Positions 47,262 through 56,571 of a stretch of DNA of 64,000 nucleotides are shown here, piece by piece. Under the pieces are notes generated by a model. That model was not told the origin of the DNA. It searched no databases and was given only the letters and a program-made list of their open reading frames with translations. This DNA is from a virus (Duplodnaviria; Caudoviricetes): the IMG/VR virus record IMGVR_UViG_3300023435_000009; one strand, given 5' to 3'. The stretch's first letter is position 1. Every line of letters begins with the position of its first letter. Position numbers and translations under genes: made by a program.

Positions 47262-48283
47262 ACACCTGGGACGCAAATTCCTTCGACTGGAAGGCCCTGG
47301 AAGAGATCTACTGGTGGGTCAAAGGGCACCAGGCCCACCACCATGGGATCTGGGAGTTACCCTCCGGGTCCGACCGACACGTTCTCATCGCAGCCGGTAA
47401 CATCCTGCTGGGGATGGCCTTCCTTGACACCCTTCCGGGCTCTCGGAACATCCTCAACCCGATGACGCTTCCCCGTGAGTATTTCGCCACCTTCCCTTCA
47501 GGGGGTGAGGCCGAAGCCGATGAGTTCGAGACTCAGATGAAGGCCCAGGCAGCCTACCCGAAAGAAGCCGCCGAAGTGGCTACGGACACGGCCAGCTTCT
47601 ACACCATTGCCCCGGAGCAACTCGCCACCGTCTTTGAGGACGGCAAATGGACGGAGCACGCCAAGGCGCTCTGGAAAGATCACAAGGGCGACACGACGGC
47701 TCACGTCCGGGCCATGGACAAGATCATCAGGCAGCACGGTGGTGCTGTGTTCAACACCGGGGCGGACGGCGTGTGGGAGATGAAGGTCTTCGACATAGAT
47801 GACAAACCAATGGCCGAATCCAGCAAGGGCTTGCACGTTGAGGAGAAGGGGATGCTTTCACGCAAAAGTAGCCATAGAATTGCACTCAGGTACTTAGGGG
47901 TGTTGTCACGAAACTCCTCCAGTAGAGGGACACGGCAAGCATCCAAACCTTGGATCGGAGTCAGTACTAATGATCCTGATCTTCCGAAGCCCCTCCGTTC
48001 ATTAGCAAGTAAGATCGCCAAGGAGCTGGACAAACTAGTCAGTCTAAGCGTTCACATCCACTTCTTGCAACGAGGTCAGGCGTGGAGAGCAGATGTGGTG
48101 CTTGCAGAAAGTGGGCGTGGGTATATAACACCCACAATAATGTTATCAGGATATAACGGTGAAAACACCGTAGATGTTTCAATTGGGGGGACTGACGTTA
48201 TTGGAAGTCCCATCAGCATAGCGAAAAAGTATGCAAAGATCATGGCAAGAGAACACGGGGAGCACATCCGCAGGTACAGGTGA
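47258..48283 (+). CDS. Multi-segment hypothetical protein (IAxRY-motif group)
   Basis: KEAA, RIALRY and RQAS linkers. Confidence 0.65.
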   Translation: MNTWDANSFDWKALEEIYWWVKGHQAHHHGIWELPSGSDRHVLIAAGNILLGMAFLDTLPGSRNILNPMTLPREYFATFPSGGEAEADEFETQMKAQAAYPKEAAEVATDTASFYTIAPEQLATVFEDGKWTEHAKALWKDHKGDTTAHVRAMDKIIRQHGGAVFNTGADGVWEMKVFDIDDKPMAESSKGLHVEEKGMLSRKSSHRIALRYLGVLSRNSSSRGTRQASKPWIGVSTNDPDLPKPLRSLASKIAKELDKLVSLSVHIHFLQRGQAWRADVVLAESGRGYITPTIMLSGYNGENTVDVSIGGTDVIGSPISIAKKYAKIMAREHGEHIRRYR

Positions 48284-48390
48284 GTACTGTGAGGTGTCTT
48301 CATCTCGGGGAGAAGGGGTACTTGACAGTATCCGACTTACTTGCTAGAGATTAATTATTCCTGCTTGAATCAGGAAGCAGAGGTTAGCAA

Positions 48391-49812
48391 ATGAAGTGTC
48401 GCATCTTCCGACTTCACAAGGATACCAATCAGTCCAAGATCGATAAGTTGGAAGCCCTACACAAAGCATACGTCAAGTACGTCCGCATTTGCGTACAAAC
48501 GATGCTTGACCAGCAGGTCTATAATCTCCCGAAAGCCGCCAAACAAACGTTCTTCCCACGGGCCACCAACCTTACGTCCCAAATCGAAAAGATCGCACGA
48601 GACCACGCTATCCAAATTGTGAGCGCTTGGGCCAAAGCCACTTACGCCCGCAAGTTGAAACCGACTATCACCAACCTCAAGCACGAGGGTACCCTCACCG
48701 AACAGGACGCCAAAGCACTCTGTGTCATCGGATTAAAAGCCATCAGTAAGCCCTGGAAGTTTATCACCCAAGACCATCTCGACGCCTACCACACCCTGTT
48801 GGACACCTACGGAGGTAATAAGCCTATCGTAAGGGACAACCTGCCCATGCGGTTGTCGGAGATGACGGCTCGGTTGGAGGACGCATCTAAAGCCCCTCTC
48901 GGGGACTTCTGGTTGAGGGTGTCTTCGTTAGAAGCTCGTAAGTCCGTCTGGTTGCCTCTCGTTGGGAATCTTTACATTCAACAAGCTGATCAGGTCAGCA
49001 AAGGGATCTCAGCCCGCAAAACCAAGCGAGGCTTTTGGCGCTTTGAGGCGGTCAGTAAGGCTGAATGGGTTGTTCCCGAAGCACAGGAAGGTTGGCCTAA
49101 GTTGGGCGTTGACGTTGGTCTGAACGTCCTTGCAGCTACATCAGATGGAGTGATTTACGGTGAACACGTCAAACCTAAGTTCGACAAACTCTACGCTCGT
49201 GTCAGAAATCTTCGAGCAAATCGCCAACGGCAGGATTTGAAGGATAACAGCCCAAAGTTGGATCACCTTGAGAGCAAATTGAGTGGGTTGATCAAGACAG
49301 AGACGGGTCGTGTGGTAAACACCCTTATCGTTCGTCATCCCGAGACGGTGTTCGTGGTCGAAGATCTCGATCTTCGAGGTTGTAGGGGTCAAAAAAGGTT
49401 TGCTTACAGGGCGTTACAGATCAACTTGGAAAGGAAAGCTCCAACAAAGAAAGTGAACCCTGCTTACACGTCGCAGGAGTGTCCTTCTTGTGGTTATGTT
49501 CATCGAGGAAACCGAAGTTCAATAAGGTTCCGTTGCCGCTCGTGCGGCAGGAAAGCTCATGCTGATTGGGTAGGAAGCGCTGGTGTGCTCAGACGTTCTG
49601 GAGACGAACACATCAAAGCTAATGATCACCCACGAGGCGTAAAACGAGTGCTAAGAGAGCGATTCCGTATTAAGCGGACCAGTTCCTTGGGATTCGGACG
49701 GCAAGAGCAACCGTCATCCGAGCCCTTACCGTTGGGCCGGGAGCTTACTACCGAGGCACTTGGGTTACCAAGGATCGGCACAGCCTCAAACTTGATGCCT
49801 GTTACATTCTAG
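48391..49812 (+). CDS. tnpB: TnpB RNA-guided nuclease (IS200/IS605 family, no TnpA)
   Basis: LGVDVG, VVEDL, NPAYTSQECPSCG..CRSCG, HADW. Upstream hairpin CTGCTT-N8-AAGCAG at 48361-48380. Confidence 0.9.
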   Translation: MKCRIFRLHKDTNQSKIDKLEALHKAYVKYVRICVQTMLDQQVYNLPKAAKQTFFPRATNLTSQIEKIARDHAIQIVSAWAKATYARKLKPTITNLKHEGTLTEQDAKALCVIGLKAISKPWKFITQDHLDAYHTLLDTYGGNKPIVRDNLPMRLSEMTARLEDASKAPLGDFWLRVSSLEARKSVWLPLVGNLYIQQADQVSKGISARKTKRGFWRFEAVSKAEWVVPEAQEGWPKLGVDVGLNVLAATSDGVIYGEHVKPKFDKLYARVRNLRANRQRQDLKDNSPKLDHLESKLSGLIKTETGRVVNTLIVRHPETVFVVEDLDLRGCRGQKRFAYRALQINLERKAPTKKVNPAYTSQECPSCGYVHRGNRSSIRFRCRSCGRKAHADWVGSAGVLRRSGDEHIKANDHPRGVKRVLRERFRIKRTSSLGFGRQEQPSSEPLPLGRELTTEALGLPRIGTASNLMPVTF

Positions 49813-49817
49813 CAGGT

Positions 49818-50023
49818 TTTAAGGAATGGTACCGTAGTGACCTCCCGAAGGGGGGGCCAGCGATGTCGGAGAGTACAAATACGACGAGATGGTGGGCGAA
49901 GAAATCAGTCGCTTCCGTAAGAAGCTGGACCCATTGTTGAAGTCCTACCGGAAGCACATCAAAGAGGTCCAGTTCGGGGGCGAAGAAAAGTCCTGGATTC
50001 ACGCCTACATCGAACTCAAATAG
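49818..50023 (+). pseudogene. Orphan coding tail downstream of tnpB with a frameshift in a G7 run
   Basis: FKEWYRSDLPKG, then in another frame ASDVGEYKYDEMVG..SWIHAYIELK-stop. Confidence 0.35.
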
Positions 50024-50099
50024 CCTCTCCTCGGTAGAACGCCTATCTGACATCCCACAGCATTGACTCCCACAGCGAAAGTGGGCAAAGGAGAAAGAC

Positions 50100-50447
50100 A
50101 TGAAAAGGATTCTGATTGCACTGTTGACACTGATCTTGGCGGCAGCATTCGTCTTGTCCTGTAACACCACGGAAGAGAATGCCGAGGACGTGACTGTTGC
50201 CGAGGACACCCTGGCAGACCTCATCGAGGGCGACGTGCCCCTGACGGACGGAACCGTCGAGACTGTCGCAGCCCTGGACACCGTCCCCACCGAAGACACC
50301 CTTCTGGAAGAGATGCCCACCCCGGTGGACGTGATCCAGGACGAGCACACCCCAATGGACGCCGTTGGGGATGCGCCTCCGATGTACGACAACCTGGAGG
50401 AAACGCACACCCCGGTGGACGTACTCCCCGAGGTCGCATCCAACTAG
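50100..50447 (+). CDS. Acidic putative lipoprotein with HTPxD repeats
   Basis: Signal peptide ending VLSC; PTPVDV/HTPMDA/HTPVDV. Confidence 0.7.
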   Translation: MKRILIALLTLILAAAFVLSCNTTEENAEDVTVAEDTLADLIEGDVPLTDGTVETVAALDTVPTEDTLLEEMPTPVDVIQDEHTPMDAVGDAPPMYDNLEETHTPVDVLPEVASN

Positions 50448-51128
50448 CCCACCAGTTTGTCCAACTCACCCCTCAGATACTTCACGGCTGAGATACGTTT
50501 CCCCAGTCGATGATCTGTGACCTGATCCCTCTGGAGAGCGATAGTTCGTACCTTGTCGGACATCATGCCTCTCCCCACCTGAGCTTTCCGTTGCTGGTTA
50601 CGTTGGTCCAACTGAGAGGATGCCTCTGCCTCCTGTAATCGGGCAGACAGGATTGCCTTCGCCGTTTGTAAATTCCGGTACTGTGATCGTTCGTTCTCTA
50701 CTCGGACAACCAGACCCGTGGGTTTGTGTGTGAGGATTACTGCAGACGAGGTTTTATTCCGATGTTGGCCTCCAGGACCTGAGCCACGGGTCGCCTGCCA
50801 CTCCAGGTCTCGCTCGTTCAGTTTGACGGTCTGCTCGTCCACGAGAGAGAGTATAGCGATAGTAACTGTTGACGTGTGTGTCCTGCCCCGTTTCTCCGTG
50901 GGGGGTACCCGCTGCCATCTCATACCACCGGCTTCATGCCGAAAAGCCCTTACAGCCCCCTTCCCGACCGCCTGGAAGGCAAGGAAACCGGGACGGTCCT
51001 CCAGCAACACCACGTCAAAGGGACCTCCTCTGTGCCCATCGCACATAAACACCGTACTGTTCATGAACCAATAAGGAGGCATCCCGACCTCCCTCACCTG
51101 CTCTTATTTCTATTATGACAGTTTCCAT
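50444..51128 (-). CDS. Peptide chain release factor-like protein (no domain 1, PxT + GGQ) made by +1 programmed frameshift, 227 aa
   Basis: Frame 0 (51128-51015): METVIIEIRAGEGGRDASLL..RRSL-TGA. The +1 frame continues DVVLLEDRPG..QRVPPTEKRGRTHTS..GPGGQHRNK..RSQ. Confidence 0.88.
51014..51029 (-). promoter_or_regulatory. prfB-type +1 frameshift cassette AGGAGG-TCC-CTT-TGA-C
   Basis: Internal SD, 3-nt spacer and CUU-UGA-C, as in bacterial RF2 genes. Confidence 0.88.
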
Positions 51129-52243
51129 TAGTTTGACTCCTTCTCTAGCCCTAGTCGTCGGCAGGCCCACCCAGCCCATGCCGGGGTCATTTGAAAATGT
51201 TCCGCAATGCGTTTTTGTGTCCAGCCTTGCCCCCTCAGTTGACGGAGTTCCTTTTCGACTTGATCAATTTTTGCGGGAGCTTTACCCCTCACCTGAAGCT
51301 TGTATCGGAAGCAATCAGGACAAAAAGGTTCCGTTAGGGCCACCAGTTCCAGTCGGTGTTTTCGTTGGCTTAGGACCAGTCTAGGATTCCCTCTGTGGCT
51401 CTGCACACGAGGAGACCAACCATAAAGTAGCCGCAGTCTAGAGGCTAGAAACTCGACATCCTCCCAGGTGAAACCGTCCGTGCAAAAGGCTACCCCATAC
51501 CCTGTATTAATCAGCCCACCATCACCCCAGTACCAATGCGCTAACGCTCGGGGGGTTAGCCGGATGTCCAGAGGAATAATTTTTTTACCCTTTGGGTACC
51601 AACGGAGGCGCTGGTCCGTAAATGTTTTGTATTTCAGTGTCCTTAACTGTAAACTCGGGTTACCTCGGAGAACCTGTTTCCCAATGTGACCGATTCTTGC
51701 CGGACGTGGTTTTATGTTGCTTTTAACACCCCCGGCCCTAAGTTCCCTTTGAACCTGTTCAAGCCATTCCTTTCGGTCTGCTCTTTGTGCTAGTCCCAGA
51801 CGACCCTCACTGCCACCTGTTTTTTCCAACCAGGCGTCACCAAGAAGTAAACCATCGATTAATTCAAGGGACTCCTCTGTGGTAGGGAAGGTCTTGTGAC
51901 AAATCAGAGTATGTGCCTCCTGTACCCCCCGTAGAGGAACACCAGCCCGCTCTAAACGGATACGCACCCAGTTGCGACTGAAACCCGTTGCCTTCGCTAA
52001 CTCAGAGACAGAACGTCCTGACAGATACTCAGCGGGAAGGCTTTCCGTTGTTTTTGCATCTCGTTTGCCTTGAGCGATTGTTGCAGCCTCACTGTGGGTG
52101 CGGAAAGAAACATCTGCTTTAGCCAACCGTCGATGAATCACAGGTGCTGAAACACCTAGTGCCTTAGCAATGTGCAACTCCAGTTCCCCCGCTTGGTACC
52201 GACGAACAATGTCTGCGTCATCCAACGTGAGTCTTTTGGGCAT
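51128..52243 (-). CDS. Free-standing LAGLIDADG homing endonuclease with HTH segments
   Basis: LIDGLLLGDAW and LAHWYWGDGG. Likely start MPKRLT after GAGGAGG; TAATG overlap with the release factor gene. Confidence 0.85.
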   Translation of the reverse strand: MPKRLTLDDADIVRRYQAGELELHIAKALGVSAPVIHRRLAKADVSFRTHSEAATIAQGKRDAKTTESLPAEYLSGRSVSELAKATGFSRNWVRIRLERAGVPLRGVQEAHTLICHKTFPTTEESLELIDGLLLGDAWLEKTGGSEGRLGLAQRADRKEWLEQVQRELRAGGVKSNIKPRPARIGHIGKQVLRGNPSLQLRTLKYKTFTDQRLRWYPKGKKIIPLDIRLTPRALAHWYWGDGGLINTGYGVAFCTDGFTWEDVEFLASRLRLLYGWSPRVQSHRGNPRLVLSQRKHRLELVALTEPFCPDCFRYKLQVRGKAPAKIDQVEKELRQLRGQGWTQKRIAEHFQMTPAWAGWACRRLGLEKESN

Positions 52244-52299
52244 AACGTCCTCCTCTGACAGCCCCACTCTACACGACGATCTCTGACCGGCAAGGACTT

Positions 52300-52608
52300 T
52301 CACACCCACTTGTTCCGGGGGACAAAGATCAGGGTGACGCTGTCGTCCTCCCAATCCACACCCTGGCATCGTGCCCATGTCCTAAACTCTCGTGTTTCTC
52401 GTCGCCACCGATAGATCCGGTCACGGCACCCGATGTCACAGATGCCCCGGCTCATACGAGGACGACCGAAAGTGCGCTTGCGGCAGTGGCAGGCTAACGA
52501 TGGGGTCTTGGCGTACCGATGTGGCTCCACATCCTCGGGAGCGCTGTAGATTTCAAGACGTGAACGGATGACATTTGCTGTCCTCTGGCGGCGGGTTCCA
52601 CGGTCCAT
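52300..52608 (-). CDS. Hypothetical basic Cys-containing protein
   Basis: GGAGGAGG RBS; CHC..GRP..C. Confidence 0.55.
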   Translation of the reverse strand: MDRGTRRQRTANVIRSRLEIYSAPEDVEPHRYAKTPSLACHCRKRTFGRPRMSRGICDIGCRDRIYRWRRETREFRTWARCQGVDWEDDSVTLIFVPRNKWV

Positions 52609-52701
52609 AGCATCCTCCTCCAGCGGGCGTCACCCGCTCGGATATGAAGGCACTATCGATGTGGTTCCTCGTGTCCATTGCTGAAGGATACCTCTGTCGT
52701 G

Positions 52702-52926
52702 TCAGGCTTGTCCAGTCGTTTTCGACTTAGGACAGGTCCATCGGCCATGGGCGTCCTTGGTCAGGGTCTTCGCTCTGCGGGCGTTGAACAGGACCGCTCC
52801 CGTGGAGCGCTTGTTGGTGTAGCCCACGCTGGCGCACAGGGACACGACCTGCTTCCCGAGGATCGGTCCGTGGTGTGCAACGATACGCTGAACGAGTTCG
52901 AGTGGTGTTTTGTGTTCCATTTTCAC
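52702..52926 (-). CDS. Small hypothetical protein (wHTH-like)
   Basis: GTGA-coupled to the upstream HA gene. Confidence 0.45.
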   Translation of the reverse strand: MKMEHKTPLELVQRIVAHHGPILGKQVVSLCASVGYTNKRSTGAVLFNARRAKTLTKDAHGRWTCPKSKTTGQA

Positions 52927-53258
52927 TCCTTGGTGTCCCAGGTGAATCCGAGAGCGTTCAACTGGGCGATCCTTTCCGGGGTCATCCTGACCTTGTGCTG
53001 CCCCTCCTGGACCGTTCCGACACGGCTTCCCAGCTTGTAGCCGTCCGGGCTGACGTAGTTGTGGGGCACGGCACAGTGGCCGTGCGCCCGCTTGAACGCC
53101 GTCAGGTGGGAAAGGAAGTTGGGGAGCCAGGGCTTCTCGGATGTCCTGTTCGTCCTCCCAAGGCGTTGCACCACACAGTGACCGTGTGCCTTTCGGTAGG
53201 CCGTCAGGCGACTCAGGAACTCGGGGAACCAGGGCGTCTCAGGTGTCTTGTTCTTCAT
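52923..53258 (-). CDS. HA (helicase-associated) domain protein, 1 truncated + 1 full repeat
   Basis: WLPNFL..L..FKRAHGHCAVP..Y..DGYKLG..LNALGFTWD. Confidence 0.85.
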   Translation of the reverse strand: MKNKTPETPWFPEFLSRLTAYRKAHGHCVVQRLGRTNRTSEKPWLPNFLSHLTAFKRAHGHCAVPHNYVSPDGYKLGSRVGTVQEGQHKVRMTPERIAQLNALGFTWDTKE

Positions 53259-53281
53259 GTTCGTCCTCCTTGTACTGGAGA

Positions 53282-53309
53282 CTACTCAGGGGTGGGCTTG
53301 GATGATCCC
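53282..53309 (-). promoter_or_regulatory. Bipartite motif GGGATCATC-N13-GAGTAG overlapping a gene end
   Basis: Exact spacing; the TAG of the motif is the stop codon. Confidence 0.7.
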
Positions 53310-54001
53310 CTGAGACTCCAGACAAAACCCAGAGCGTCCAGTTCGGTGACCATTTCGGGAGTCACCTTGACCTGACCCCCACCATTACGGGATGAACGAA
53401 TACTGTTTGTTCGAACACCGAGTTGGTAGCCATCGGGGCATTTGTAGGATTGCGCCGGAGAATAGTCCCCGAATTTGGCATGGTACTCCTTCAGCCTCTT
53501 CAGGAATTGGGGAAACCACTCGTTCCCATTCCAGACGAACCCAAGAAGGTCCAGCGCCGCTATCATCTCTGAGGTAGGGCTTACACGTTTCTTGTCCTTT
53601 TTTCTTGTCCGGACATCAGATACCCTCATCCCAAGGGCGTAACCATCGGGACATTTGTAGGACTTTGGGACACGGCAGTGCCCGTGGGTCTTTTTGTACT
53701 CCTTCATGTGGGACAGGAATTCAGGGAACCATTCGCACACAACCCAAACGAACTTCAGGGCATCAAGTTCAGCGATCATTTCGGGAAGGTGTCTGGACTT
53801 GTTATGCCGGACACTACTTACACGGGCACCCAACCTGTACCCGTCGTCACACAGGTAGGACTGCGGCACTCGGCAATGTCCATGACATTTCTGATAGGCT
53901 TTGATTTCCCCCAGGAACACATCGAACCACGCTGGCCAAGGTTTTATCCGCCCAAGCTCAGTGAGGCGTTTACGGAATTTGTTGCTGTTACTCCTGCCCA
54001 C
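53282..54001 (-). CDS. HA domain protein, 3 repeats
   Basis: Repeated WF..FL..Y...HGHC.VP..Y.C.DGY.LG..L..LGFVW. Confidence 0.88.
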   Translation of the reverse strand: MGRSNSNKFRKRLTELGRIKPWPAWFDVFLGEIKAYQKCHGHCRVPQSYLCDDGYRLGARVSSVRHNKSRHLPEMIAELDALKFVWVVCEWFPEFLSHMKEYKKTHGHCRVPKSYKCPDGYALGMRVSDVRTRKKDKKRVSPTSEMIAALDLLGFVWNGNEWFPQFLKRLKEYHAKFGDYSPAQSYKCPDGYQLGVRTNSIRSSRNGGGQVKVTPEMVTELDALGFVWSLRGSSKPTPE

Positions 54002-54011
54002 GGACGACCTC

Positions 54012-54665
54012 CTACCAGCCGTAGGAAAGGCGGAGGAGTTGCATCGGAATGACTCGGCTGCGGTACGTAGTGAACGCTTGCTTCGGCACCTGGACGCCGC
54101 AGTGTTTGTGGACGATGGCCTCGAACTGCCGCTTCGCCTTTTCCAAGGGAGCGCTGGCGTTGCCCCGGAGGGCTAGGTTGATGACCAGGAGGAATTGTCC
54201 CAGGCGCTGCTGTTGGGACTGGGCAAAGGCGAACATCGGAAGGAGGATGCTCTCCAGGTGGAGGTTGCTGGGACTGCGAAACCCGTCGAACACGAGGACG
54301 CCGATGTTGCGGAGGGTCGGGTCGTCCAGGTCCAGGAGGAGCCGGGACATGTCGCCGCAACGCCACTCGGTGCGGTCGTCGTTGTAGTGGGTGGCGTTGC
54401 GGTCAAGGATCCCCTGGTTGGTGTTGACGCCGATGTATCGGCCATGGTCGGGGGCAAGGACGCCTTCGTCCAGGAGGAGGCCACAGGTAGCGTCAGGGGC
54501 ATCACCGCACAACTCCATCCAGTCCCTGGTCAGGTGCCCGTCGTAGAAGAGGTTCGTGGGGCACTCTGGGTCACGGAGGAGGTCGAGGGTCGTGGTCCTG
54601 GTCTTGTGCTTCTCCGGGTGTTGTTCAGGGGGGAAGGAATGGATGTCAGCCTGCGGGGTGGTCAT
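54012..54665 (-). CDS. Class I SAM-methyltransferase-like fold protein (divergent)
   Basis: WMELCGD, YIGVNTN, WRCGDM and VLVFDG occur in Rossmann motif order. Confidence 0.45.
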   Translation of the reverse strand: MTTPQADIHSFPPEQHPEKHKTRTTTLDLLRDPECPTNLFYDGHLTRDWMELCGDAPDATCGLLLDEGVLAPDHGRYIGVNTNQGILDRNATHYNDDRTEWRCGDMSRLLLDLDDPTLRNIGVLVFDGFRSPSNLHLESILLPMFAFAQSQQQRLGQFLLVINLALRGNASAPLEKAKRQFEAIVHKHCGVQVPKQAFTTYRSRVIPMQLLRLSYGW

Positions 54666-55547
54666 GGGGTGTTGTCCTTCTTCTGATTGCGGAGATCCCA
54701 AACGAAACCGAGGACATCAATCTGGTTGATCTGAGTGGGTGTCAGTTTACGGCCATCCGCCGGGGCAGACGTATTTTTGGGGGGGTGTCTGTCCCCCGTG
54801 TGCGTCCATGTACTCTCTGAGGTGACAAAGGAACTCCGGCCACCACTGCCCTTTCGTGGTGGCGTCCCAGACAAAGCCGAGAGCACCGAGTTGGCTCCGC
54901 ATAGTGGGGGTCAAGACCCGGTGATTTCGTACCCCCGCTGTGTGATGGCCTAGTTTGTAGCCATCATCGCATACATAGGTGCCACGCACCTGACAACGGC
55001 CATGCACGGCCTTGTACGCCTTCAAATGTTCCAGGAACTCCGGGAACCACTCTGTCGGGACATCCCACAGGAAACCTAGTTGCTCAAGTTTCTCCGCCCT
55101 GCTCGGGGTGATTTGGACGCCCACTTTGTGCCTTTTGCCTGTCCGAACAGCATTCACTTTTGGGCCAAGTCTATACCCGTCCTGACATCTGTACTGGGTG
55201 GGCACCTGACAATGGCCGTACTCGGCTTTATAGTCCTTCAGACGCCGGAGGAACTCGTCGAACCAACAGGGGATCTCCCAAAGGAAACCGAGTTGATCCA
55301 GTACAGGCACCATTGAGGGAGTCACTGTCCGAACACTTTTCCCTTGTCGAAACCTGCGAATGTCCCCGACCCTGTTCCCCAATGTGTACCCGTCAGTACA
55401 CTTGTAAAGCTGCGGCACCTTACAGTCCCCGTGTTCTTCCTTGTACGCCTTCAGATGTGCCAGGAACACATCGAACCACGCTGGCCAAGGTTTCATCAGC
55501 CCAAGCTTGGCGAGACGTTCACGGAATTTGTTGTTCCTTTTGCCCAC
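54662..55547 (-). CDS. HA domain protein, 4 repeats, last repeat frameshifted near 54762-54765
   Basis: ORF 54747-55547 stops at YVCPGGWP. Another frame continues PADGRKLTPTQINQIDVLGFVWD to an ATGA overlap at 54662. Confidence 0.75.
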
Positions 55548-55566
55548 GGACGACCTCCTACCAAGA

Positions 55567-55594
55567 CTACTCTGTAGGTGGCCGAGATGATCCC
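55567..55594 (-). promoter_or_regulatory. Bipartite motif GGGATCATC-N13-GAGTAG overlapping a gene end
   Basis: Exact spacing; the TAG is the stop codon. Confidence 0.7.
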
Positions 55595-56571
55595 GTTATT
55601 CGAACATCCCACATAAAGTCGAGGGCAGCTAGATCAGCAACCATGGGCAGGGTGATTTTCCTCCGACCTGTTGCGTCCCTACGGCCCTCTCTAACGCTGT
55701 TCGTCATGGCCCCTAACTTGTACCCATCCCGACAGCAATATCCCCTGGGCACCATGCTGTCGCCGTGCTCCCGGTAGAACTTCGTCAGGTGACTGAGGTA
55801 CTTGGGGAACCATTTGCCCGTCAGGTTCCGGTCCCGCTCGAACCCGAGGGCATCCAGTTTTAAGACCATCTCTGGGGTGACCTGGAGGGGCATCGACTCA
55901 TCGCTGCCCTCCTCCAACCGGCGGATGCTCGTTCGGATGCGTTGGACCCTCAGGCCTAACTTGTGTCCATCCGCACATTCAAATTTGACAGGGATCGAAC
56001 AGTTCCCATGTTCCGCCTTGTATTCACGCAAACGCTGCACAAAGTCGGGGAACCATTCCGAGGGTTCCCATTCAAATCCAAGTGCGTCCAGGTCAGCAAT
56101 TATCTCATCCGTGAGTTGCCGGAACGCCTTCTTATTCAGTGCCCTTGCCCGTTTCGCTGCCCGAACAGCGGCGGCAGTTTTACCCAGGGTGTATCCATCG
56201 GGGCACTCATAAGGAACGGGTGGGTTTTGGCCGTCGTGAGCGGTCATATATTCCACCAGACGAACCCGGAACTTTTGGAACCAGCGATCTTTTGGAGCCA
56301 GCCAGTCAAAACCGATGGCATCGAGGGCAGTACTCATCTCCTCCGTCAACACACGGTTTGATGGGCGCTTCCTTGCGGAACGGATTCGCCCCACCTTGTT
56401 CCCTAAGCGGTACCCGTCTTCACACTTGTAGTTGTGGGGCACTTCACAATCCCCGTGCTCCGCCTTGTACGTCTGAAGGTGGGAGTGGAACTCATCGAAC
56501 CACGCTGGCCAAGGTTTCATCCGCCCAAGCTCAACGAGCCGCAGTCTGAATTTGTTGCTCCTCCTACGCAC
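55567..56571 (-). CDS. HA domain protein, 4 repeats
   Basis: Four HA units; leader SNKFRLRLVELG. Confidence 0.88.
   Translation of the reverse strand: MRRRSNKFRLRLVELGRMKPWPAWFDEFHSHLQTYKAEHGDCEVPHNYKCEDGYRLGNKVGRIRSARKRPSNRVLTEEMSTALDAIGFDWLAPKDRWFQKFRVRLVEYMTAHDGQNPPVPYECPDGYTLGKTAAAVRAAKRARALNKKAFRQLTDEIIADLDALGFEWEPSEWFPDFVQRLREYKAEHGNCSIPVKFECADGHKLGLRVQRIRTSIRRLEEGSDESMPLQVTPEMVLKLDALGFERDRNLTGKWFPKYLSHLTKFYREHGDSMVPRGYCCRDGYKLGAMTNSVREGRRDATGRRKITLPMVADLAALDFMWDVRITGSSRPPTE

Noticed and set aside
48276-49816. Spliceosomal-looking ends (AG|GTGAGT and TTCTAGCAG|G) or an IStron around the second tnpB
   Set aside because: The context is prokaryotic. Either acceptor gives an immediate in-frame stop, and the roughly 110-nt leader is too short for a group I intron core.
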